Origin: Candidatus Micrarchaeota archaeon
GTDB taxonomy: Archaea; Micrarchaeota; Micrarchaeia; Anstonellales; Bilamarchaeaceae
Length of the DNA: 51,146 nt
Reading direction: 5' to 3'
NCBI GenBank assembly: GCA_030613375.1
Contig: JAUWMC010000002.1
Location: forward strand, 1 to 51,146
The notes beneath the pieces are model-generated. The model ran no database searches, was not told where the DNA came from, and saw only the letters and a program-made list of their open reading frames with translations. A program made the position numbers and the translations under genes. Numbering within the stretch: the stretch's first letter is position 1; each line of letters opens with the position of its first letter. Of this stretch, positions 8,730-15,753 are shown in pieces.

Positions 8730-11704
8730 TTCATTATTGATTCGAGCATTGGTTCTCCACTGGAGAAGGTTTTTTCAGTTGTTGCTTTTTCTCTTAGGGA
8801 CTGGATGATTCTTCCTTTTAGATACTCTACGTGCTCAGGAAAGAGGTTCATTTTCTCAGCAATTTCCTGAGTGGAGTATTCCGTCCCATTTAATCCAATC
8901 CAGAATTCTGCAATTTTGCGCATCCTGTGTGGAAAAGATTTAATCTGTTGCTTATGCTGGATGGCAAGCATTTTCCCGTCAGTTTCCAGGTCAAATTTTA
9001 AGGTGGGTGCTGCCTTGAGGAACTGGAATGCATCTTCAATAAGGTGTTTCGTAGCAGTAATGCTTTCTATTTCCAGAATTTCCCGTACTTCAGAAAGAGT
9101 GTGGGGCCTCCAATTAGCCATGCCGAGCTTAGCCCTAACTATCAATTCTGCCCTTGGCTCTACGCCTGAAAAGATTCCTGGGGCATCTCCAACAACAAGC
9201 CATTGCCCTGAGCCCAGCCTTGAGTCTCTTCTGGTTTTTTCCGCAATTAATTTAATAATCGCATTTTGCTTTCTCTGGAAAATTGCAGTTTTACATATAT
9301 GGATTCCCTGCTCTGAAAGCGGCCCTATCATTTCACTGCGGGTGTGCATTTTTTTTCCTGCCAATCCGAAAGCCATAGAAACAATTTCCCATTCTGCCTT
9401 GTTTAGTGCATCCATTAACTGAGGGTTTCCTTCAACCATCGCCCCAATTGGGTCTGGAAACCTTTTTTTAGTTTCATTTTCAATAACGGCAGCAACTACT
9501 TTCCACATCGCTTGATCCAAAATCTGCCTTGTTCTGGAAAAGCTTGATATGCCCATAGTGCACTGTAGTTTAGTAAGAGAATGTTTGGTGTTTCCACCCA
9601 AACCAAAATATAATTCAAGTGCACGCCTTTTTTCTGATGGGAGTGTCCTGAGTTCCTCGGAATGCTGAAGCAGGTATCCTGGAGCCCCCAACCTGCTTTT
9701 TTTAATGAGTTGAGAAACTGATTCCATCTCAAGTAAGTGGAGCCTGGCTCGTTTGAGTTTCATCAGTTTTGCTGTAGTGCGTTGGCCATGTGCATTCTCT
9801 CCATCCAGCCCAAAGCGCAGAACCAATACTCTTTGTTGCAATGGAGTTAGAGATGCAAAACTATCTTCATTCTCCGCTACAAACTCAGAAAAATAAGAGA
9901 AATTGCCAGATTGCACATTATTTCCGCTATGAACTTTTGTAAAGAGAGAAATTATTCCTCTTTGCACTAACTGTTTTGCAGTAAAGTTTCCACTCAAACC
10001 CATTTCTTCTGAAACATCGTCATATGAATGTACTCTGGTTCCAATTCCAAACCTGAGCTCCAATGCCTCTTTTTCAATAGGTTTCAATTCAGGCAGAAGG
10101 TGGAAGTTATCATAAACGAACTTCATTAAGGCAGGATCCATCTTAATCCAATTGCCAATGAGAGGAAAGTAATGTGTGTCCATAATCTTTTCCAGAGACT
10201 TGCCAACTTTGACTTTAGCTGATGAATCCAATTTTGGGCATCCTTTGCCTGCCTGTTCAAAATGAAATGTTTTCTCAAGAAATGCTGCATCCAGATATTT
10301 TAAACGGTGCGGAAAATGTGCTCTGTGTTTCTTAAAAAAATCCCGGAGCGTACCATTATTTCCACCCGTGAAAACTTTATTTGCCAACTCAAATAGTGCG
10401 GTGCCTTCCAACTGCCGAATCCTCTCTACGCTCACTGGTGTTTTGCCTCTGTTGATAGCTTGCGCGATTTCTCCCAGGGTATGCATTCTTCCATCTAAAA
10501 ACCCAAAACGCAGTTGCAAAACATTTCTGTGTGTCTCTTTAAGAGAAAGAAGCTTAGGATAATGTGCTATTAGGAAATTCCTCACGCCTCGGTTTAGAAA
10601 CACCCGAACTCCTTTTCCCAGTTGAGTATCCGAAGCAGCATCAAAAGCTTTTTTGAAAACACTTTCAAGCAGGTACTCATGCATCCCAGTAATAGTTGCA
10701 ATCTCATCCATACGATGTGGCCTACTGATTCCCACTCCAAAATGGAGTCTAAGGGCAAGTTCCTTATCCCAATCCATTAAATGGAAGAAACGTTCATTTT
10801 CCTCAACAAACAATCTGTTTTTCCGATCTAATTTATGTGTTTCTCCCAGGTTTTTATCTTCTCTGTTAAGGAGCAGGGAAAGACTGGCAATTGCAGCCTG
10901 ATAATGCACCCTCATTTTGGAGGAGTCCATTCCATTAATCCTTTTTCTTGCACCTGAAACATCATCTCCAACTCCAAAACTGACTGCAATGGCATCCCTT
11001 TCTCTACCAGGCAAAAGAGAAATCGCCTCTGCAAGTTTTTTCTTCATATCCCCAGCTAAGGCCTGTTCTTCTGGAAGCGGAGATACAGAGCACCACTCAG
11101 CAATAAAATCAAGTTCGGTGGTGCCTGTGCGCTTTTCTACGGGCTCATTTGGTTTTGTTGAGTAAATAAGTTCCTGCCTTTCTGCACCTCGCACTGAACT
11201 AGTCCAGAGTAACATGGCATCCTGGACAGATTTGGCCTTTTCAATGGATATCTCTTTGGTTCTTGCAAACGTTTCCAGAGTCATTTCTGGATTTTTCTGC
11301 ATTTCTGCACGATATGCCGAAATATCAGATACACTTGCCAGTGAAAATGATACGCTCCTGAGTGTGCGCTCCATCTCAGGTTTCCATCTTCTAAGGTTCA
11401 ACATTGCATATGCTTCAAAAACAGGGTTTGTTTTGGGTTTCCAGGTGTGTGCAGCAGAAAGAAGCAGTAAAAATCCTGCATTGGCAAAATCAGGGGCAAT
11501 TACATAATTTCTGCTAAGAACTCTCCATTTTGGAGGCGTCTCAGAAAGAGAATTCATATGAACAATAGACCCTGGAACTCTTCCAAGCTTGTTTGCCCGA
11601 AATGCCCTGTGCAGGAGATAGGTATATTTCTCTGCAATTTTAGCGGGGTCTGCCTTGAGGGGTTTGCATAAGATGCGTGCCTGCTTTGAAGCTGCTTCAG
11701 CCAT
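8726..11704 (-). CDS. Sigma70-like protein (degenerate regions 2, 3, 4) followed by about 9 extra tandem sigma region-4 HTH domains
   Basis: aa72-106 align without gaps to RpoD regions 2.2-2.3; regions 3 and 3.2 recognisable; repeated L-x-x-x-[EQ]-x-x-[AVI]-L-x-L-x-FG-x(6-8)-H-[TS] units, one with SVERIRQLEGTAL. Confidence 0.85.
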   Translation of the reverse strand: MAEAASKQARILCKPLKADPAKIAEKYTYLLHRAFRANKLGRVPGSIVHMNSLSETPPKWRVLSRNYVIAPDFANAGFLLLLSAAHTWKPKTNPVFEAYAMLNLRRWKPEMERTLRSVSFSLASVSDISAYRAEMQKNPEMTLETFARTKEISIEKAKSVQDAMLLWTSSVRGAERQELIYSTKPNEPVEKRTGTTELDFIAEWCSVSPLPEEQALAGDMKKKLAEAISLLPGRERDAIAVSFGVGDDVSGARKRINGMDSSKMRVHYQAAIASLSLLLNREDKNLGETHKLDRKNRLFVEENERFFHLMDWDKELALRLHFGVGISRPHRMDEIATITGMHEYLLESVFKKAFDAASDTQLGKGVRVFLNRGVRNFLIAHYPKLLSLKETHRNVLQLRFGFLDGRMHTLGEIAQAINRGKTPVSVERIRQLEGTALFELANKVFTGGNNGTLRDFFKKHRAHFPHRLKYLDAAFLEKTFHFEQAGKGCPKLDSSAKVKVGKSLEKIMDTHYFPLIGNWIKMDPALMKFVYDNFHLLPELKPIEKEALELRFGIGTRVHSYDDVSEEMGLSGNFTAKQLVQRGIISLFTKVHSGNNVQSGNFSYFSEFVAENEDSFASLTPLQQRVLVLRFGLDGENAHGQRTTAKLMKLKRARLHLLEMESVSQLIKKSRLGAPGYLLQHSEELRTLPSEKRRALELYFGLGGNTKHSLTKLQCTMGISSFSRTRQILDQAMWKVVAAVIENETKKRFPDPIGAMVEGNPQLMDALNKAEWEIVSMAFGLAGKKMHTRSEMIGPLSEQGIHICKTAIFQRKQNAIIKLIAEKTRRDSRLGSGQWLVVGDAPGIFSGVEPRAELIVRAKLGMANWRPHTLSEVREILEIESITATKHLIEDAFQFLKAAPTLKFDLETDGKMLAIQHKQQIKSFPHRMRKIAEFWIGLNGTEYSTQEIAEKMNLFPEHVEYLKGRIIQSLREKATTEKTFSSGEPMLESIMN

Positions 11705-11839
11705 AAACTAGCCTCCAGTTAAGCATAGGTCCAATTAAACACCTCAAAATACCGGTTTGCATAAAGTAATATAATGTGCCACAACACATATAAACACTAC
11801 AAAATACTATAAAATAACGTACATCCAACCTGTTGAGGC

Positions 11840-12946
11840 TTAAGCCACCTTGGACTCAGCAGTAGTTATCTTGAAACTAGCATCACGCTCCCAGCGATTC
11901 AACACTGAAAGAGGAATTCCCAATAGCGTAAAGAGGCCTCTCCTTTTGACTTCAGAATATAAAAGCAACGAGGTTCTGCGAATTTCTTCCGGTGTGCCCA
12001 GATCATCCCTCCGCATAAGAGTACTGCTCAATTCAACTATCTTACGGTCTGAGAGAAGAGATGCATTCTGCCTTGAAATGATTTTTAGCTTAGTAAATAT
12101 CTTTGGGTTTTTTACGCGCCTTCGCGCAATCGCATCAAATAGATGTTTATTCTGAAGTTTTAGTTCTGCCAATGAGATTAATCTGTTCTCGGCACAATAT
12201 GCATTCACTGCGAAAATAAACTCCCCATACCTAAGAGATCCCCACTCTGTATTCTTACGCACTTCAATATCTTCCCATATGTTAGGGAACCTCTTTCTTC
12301 TTCTCAGAACCGCATTGTACATCTTGGGATTGTTCTCGGCTAAATCCGAAGCATTGGCAAGTCCGTTAACTTCGCAATGGGCATTTACCAGGACGATAAA
12401 CTCCCTATATTTCATCTTGCTCCATGGAACAATTGTAAGGGGCAATCCGACATCATCGATAATCTCCCTTTCGTAAAGTTCAACAGTTATTACTCTCCCT
12501 CCTGGGGCAGCCTCAAGGCCCTTACGCGTAGTTATCTTATTGGCGGCTATGAATTCTTTCGCATATTCTATTACGGCTTTATCCCCCATGGATGCCCAAT
12601 CAATTCCTATGGAGTCCAAGCTGACTGACTCCAGCAAGCCTCTTCTTATTAATCTGCCATGAAGGCCACTGTGCTGGAGCTTTAATGCAGTTCTGCTCCT
12701 AATTCCCTGCGCAGCAATAACCTGCTTTGCAGCAAGAATTAGCTCGGGATCAGTTAATTTGTTCCACTCAAGCCTCCGCTTTTTGTTCTTGCATATTGCA
12801 ACAGGTACAAAAAAAGGCAGCTTTGAATCTGAAAACAGGGGAAGTTTTCCATTAAATCCTTGTTTCCCTTTGAGTAGTATAAGTCCTGGTTTTTGCATCG
12901 CGCGCACTTTGTGGGCGTATGATGTTCTGTGAATAACCGTGTCCAT
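11840..12946 (-). CDS. Protein with five ~57-aa tandem repeats (putative HTH-like DNA-binding repeats)
   Basis: Repeat consensus W-x-x-[LM]-x(3)-E-x(4)-A-x(3)-I-x(4)-I-x(4)-L...LY-x(3)-RR; basic. Confidence 0.8.
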   Translation of the reverse strand: MDTVIHRTSYAHKVRAMQKPGLILLKGKQGFNGKLPLFSDSKLPFFVPVAICKNKKRRLEWNKLTDPELILAAKQVIAAQGIRSRTALKLQHSGLHGRLIRRGLLESVSLDSIGIDWASMGDKAVIEYAKEFIAANKITTRKGLEAAPGGRVITVELYEREIIDDVGLPLTIVPWSKMKYREFIVLVNAHCEVNGLANASDLAENNPKMYNAVLRRRKRFPNIWEDIEVRKNTEWGSLRYGEFIFAVNAYCAENRLISLAELKLQNKHLFDAIARRRVKNPKIFTKLKIISRQNASLLSDRKIVELSSTLMRRDDLGTPEEIRRTSLLLYSEVKRRGLFTLLGIPLSVLNRWERDASFKITTAESKVA

Positions 12947-13023
12947 TAGTAGTTATTTGGTGAGATAAAGTTTAAAAAATGCCACACTTCGTTTTATTTG
13001 CCGGGCACCTCCCAATTTGATGA

Positions 13024-13041
13024 TTGTGGAACTTCCCACAA
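13024..13041. promoter_or_regulatory. Inverted repeat TTGTGG-N6-CCACAA just upstream of the acnX TATA box (candidate operator)
   Basis: ttgtgg aacttc ccacaa, then TTTAAAT at about 13049. Confidence 0.35.
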
Positions 13042-13088
13042 ATACCTATTTAAATGTAAAAAGCCCTCATGGATGCAGGTGAATTTGC

Positions 13089-14258
13089 TTGGAACTGAGT
13101 AAACGCGAGCAAGCAATGCTTCACGGAAAAGAAGGTGAAGCAAAGCAAAAAGCAATGGAAATACTTGTTGCACTCGGAAGAATTTATGGCGCTTCCCGCA
13201 TGATTCGGATTAGCTCTGCACAGATTGCAGGAGTTTCATACAAGACTATTGGAGATGCGGGGCTTGAATACCTAAGACATATGGCTGCGCTTGGGGGGAG
13301 GGTGGAAATCCCCTCATTTTTGAATCCTGCTGGAATGGATACTGAACAATGGGAAGCAATGGGAGTTCCGGAAGATTTTGCAAAGAAGCAGATTGAAGTG
13401 CTGGATGCATATGCAACAATGGGAATACGGACTACCTGTACTTGTACCCCATACCTGATTGGGATTCGGCCTAAGGAAGGGGAACATATTGCATGGAGCG
13501 AAAGCTCTGCGGTTTCTTTTGCGAATTCGGTTCTTGGGGCGCGCACAAACAGAGAAGGCGGGCCTTCTGCATTGTGCGCTGCACTTTGCGGGGTTACTCC
13601 TATGTATGGGCTGCACCTTAAGGAAAATAGGGTTGCTAATTTGCTTGTGCATGTAGATGCGAATTTGGAGAATAAAACAGATTACAGCATTGTGGGACTT
13701 CTTGTAGGGAAGAAGGTAAAAAAGGGGATTCCTGCATTCAAAGGAATTAAACCAAATGAGACTCAAATGAAGTATATGGGAGCTGCAATGGCGGCTTCAG
13801 GCTCTGTTGCGCTTTATTTTGTAGAAGGAGTTACTTCAGAATGGAATGTTTCGCCTGATGCGGAAAAGATTACTATTACTCAGAAAGAGATGGACGAGCT
13901 TAAAGCAAAGATAAATGATGCGGATTCTGCAGATTTGATTACTACTGGATGCCCGCACGCATCCATTTCAGAATTAGAGGAGATTGCAGAAATGCTTGAA
14001 AAAAAACCTGTGAAGAAACCGTTTTGGATTTGCCTGAGCAGGAACATAAAGGATGAAGCGGTAAAAAGCGGTCTTGCTGCACGGATTGAGAAGAATGGGG
14101 GAACACTAGTTGCAGATACCTGCATGGTTGTTGCGCCCCTGGAACGCATGGGCTTCAAATCCCCTGCAATTGATTCCGGGAAAGCAACCGTGTATCTTCC
14201 TACAATGTGCCGGCAAAAAGTGCTCTTTGGAAGACTGGAGGAGATTTTATGGAAATAA
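13089..14258 (+). CDS. acnX: Aconitase X catalytic subunit (phosphomevalonate dehydratase large subunit, DUF521)
   Basis: AQIAGVSYKTIG, TCTCTPY, AWSESSA, GARTNREGG, GCPH, DTCMVV, DSGKA; TTG start with AGGTGA SD. Confidence 0.93.
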   Translation: MELSKREQAMLHGKEGEAKQKAMEILVALGRIYGASRMIRISSAQIAGVSYKTIGDAGLEYLRHMAALGGRVEIPSFLNPAGMDTEQWEAMGVPEDFAKKQIEVLDAYATMGIRTTCTCTPYLIGIRPKEGEHIAWSESSAVSFANSVLGARTNREGGPSALCAALCGVTPMYGLHLKENRVANLLVHVDANLENKTDYSIVGLLVGKKVKKGIPAFKGIKPNETQMKYMGAAMAASGSVALYFVEGVTSEWNVSPDAEKITITQKEMDELKAKINDADSADLITTGCPHASISELEEIAEMLEKKPVKKPFWICLSRNIKDEAVKSGLAARIEKNGGTLVADTCMVVAPLERMGFKSPAIDSGKATVYLPTMCRQKVLFGRLEEILWK

Positions 14259-14371
14259 CAAAGCAGCAAAAAACCCATGTAATACTTCATATATCGGGGG
14301 GAATCAGGAGGAACCTCAAACTGAAGGGGGGTGTCCCCCCTGCGGTTCGGGAGGAGATATTATGGAAATAA
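14237..14371 (+). repeat. 22-bp direct repeats (14237..14258 and 14350..14371) bounding a 91-bp insert with a GC-rich hairpin
   Basis: ggaggagattttatggaaataa vs ggaggagatattatggaaataa (21/22). Confidence 0.85.
14249..14371 (+). CDS. Possible 40-aa translationally coupled mini-ORF MEITKQQKTHVILHISGGIRRNLKLKGGVPPAVREEILWK
   Basis: Has its own GGAGG SD, overlaps the acnX-L stop and the acnX-S start; translated by hand. Confidence 0.4.
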   Translation: MEITKQQKTHVILHISGGIRRNLKLKGGVPPAVREEILWK

Positions 14372-14757
14372 GTGCACGCATAATTTCCAAAGGAAAAGCT
14401 GTGGGAAAGGCGATGGTTAGCGCGGAACCGATTTCCTTCCTGGGAAGCGTGGACCCAAAAACAGGAATTGTTTTGGAAAAGGGGCATCCTCTTGAAGGGA
14501 AATCAGTTGCAGACAAGATTCTTGTATTTCCGCACGGGAAGGGATCCACCGTAGGGAGCTACGTGATGCTTGGAATGAAGAAGAATGGGGTTGCTCCTGC
14601 AGCTATTGTAAATTTGGAGGCGGAAACAATTATTGCCGTGGGCGCAATTATTTCGGAAATTCCAATGGTGGATAAGCCCGAGGGGGATGTGCTGGAACTT
14701 TTGAAGAATGGGATGGAGGTAACAGTTGATGCTGAGAAGGGGAAAATATCATGGTAA
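14362..14757 (+). CDS. Aconitase X swivel subunit (phosphomevalonate dehydratase small subunit, DUF126)
   Basis: ISFLGSVDPKTG, HPLEGKS, GKGSTVGSY, APAAI. Confidence 0.93.
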   Translation: MEISARIISKGKAVGKAMVSAEPISFLGSVDPKTGIVLEKGHPLEGKSVADKILVFPHGKGSTVGSYVMLGMKKNGVAPAAIVNLEAETIIAVGAIISEIPMVDKPEGDVLELLKNGMEVTVDAEKGKISW

Positions 14758-15197
14758 TGACTTACCATAAGGGAGCTCGTGCAGAAAGAGAACTAATCAA
14801 GTATTTTTCTGAGCGCGGATTTATGGTTATACGGGGAGCTGGAAGCGGAACTTCGGGATTGAGCCCGGATGTGCTCGTGTTCAAAGGGCCGAAACAATAT
14901 GTAATTGAGGCAAAGTCAATTGAGTCAGAACACCTATCTTTGGATAGGGGCCAGTTTGAGAACCTGAAGCAATGGTATGAGACCACCAATATGGAAACAT
15001 ATGTTGCATGGAGGAGAAAAAAGGAGAAAGTAGAGAAGGGAGATGATTCTGCAGAAGCCTGGAAGAAAAAGGGGGTGGGGATGCAGTACAGATGGTTGTT
15101 CATCTCAATTGCATTCTTCAAGGAGAATCCAAAATCTTATTCTATTTCTTGGGAAAAGGCGAAAAAATACGGAAAGGATTTGGGAGAGCTTGTTTAG
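14751..15197 (+). CDS. hjc: Archaeal Holliday junction resolvase Hjc
   Basis: YHKGARAEREL, RGAGSG, PDV, IEAK (PD-(D/E)xK). Confidence 0.9.
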   Translation: MVMTYHKGARAERELIKYFSERGFMVIRGAGSGTSGLSPDVLVFKGPKQYVIEAKSIESEHLSLDRGQFENLKQWYETTNMETYVAWRRKKEKVEKGDDSAEAWKKKGVGMQYRWLFISIAFFKENPKSYSISWEKAKKYGKDLGELV

Positions 15198-15228
15198 GTT
15201 TTTTATAGTTTAGTGGAGAAAATAAACT

Positions 15229-15753
15229 ATGGGAGGCAAAACCAAGGAAAAGAAGCCTAAGGAAGAGCAAAGGCCAAAGATTGTTCCAACGAAGGCAGAA
15301 AGGCCCGAATTTACCCAAGTAGTGGACATAAGGGACCCTTGGGAAGGAAAACAAAAAATAAAAATCAAAATGCCCACAAAAAAGGAAATATCTGGGGAAG
15401 TGGACCTTGAAAAAGAAGAGTTTGCAACCAGGGAATCTTTTGCAGAAAAACTCGCGGAGCTGCGGGCAAGAATGGAAAGGAGGGAAAGAAAAGACTCAAG
15501 GTACCATAGGGGAAATGTTGCTTACAGGCCCAGGGGAACAAAGAAGAAAAAACGCACGTATTTAGATAGAATGAGCAGGCTTGGGAGCGTTGCAGGAAAC
15601 CGGACCGGAGCAAAGAAGAAAAAGGCAGGGAAAGAAGGAGAAAACGTAATGGTTTTTACTCCAAAAGAGCTTTATGGGAAGAAAGAAGCAGAACAGCTAG
15701 CCAAGCTTGATGCAGAAAGGCGAAAGAAGCCCAAAAAGAAGAAAGGGAGTTAG
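15229..15753 (+). CDS. Lys/Arg/Glu-rich hypothetical protein
   Basis: 174-aa ORF with a TTTTTATA TATA box upstream. Confidence 0.7.
   Translation: MGGKTKEKKPKEEQRPKIVPTKAERPEFTQVVDIRDPWEGKQKIKIKMPTKKEISGEVDLEKEEFATRESFAEKLAELRARMERRERKDSRYHRGNVAYRPRGTKKKKRTYLDRMSRLGSVAGNRTGAKKKKAGKEGENVMVFTPKELYGKKEAEQLAKLDAERRKKPKKKKGS

Noticed and set aside
11087..11094. Match of the TnpB guide seed (AGAGCACC) inside the poly-sigma gene
   Set aside because: Only 8 nt, which is expected by chance in 51 kb.
8700..13089. Direct repeats or transposase bounding the sigma/repeat-protein block
   Set aside because: No convincing flanking duplication or mobility gene was seen.
14110..14361. N-terminal extension of the acnX small subunit
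   Set aside because: Overlaps acnX-L out of frame; family similarity starts at MEISARII (14362).
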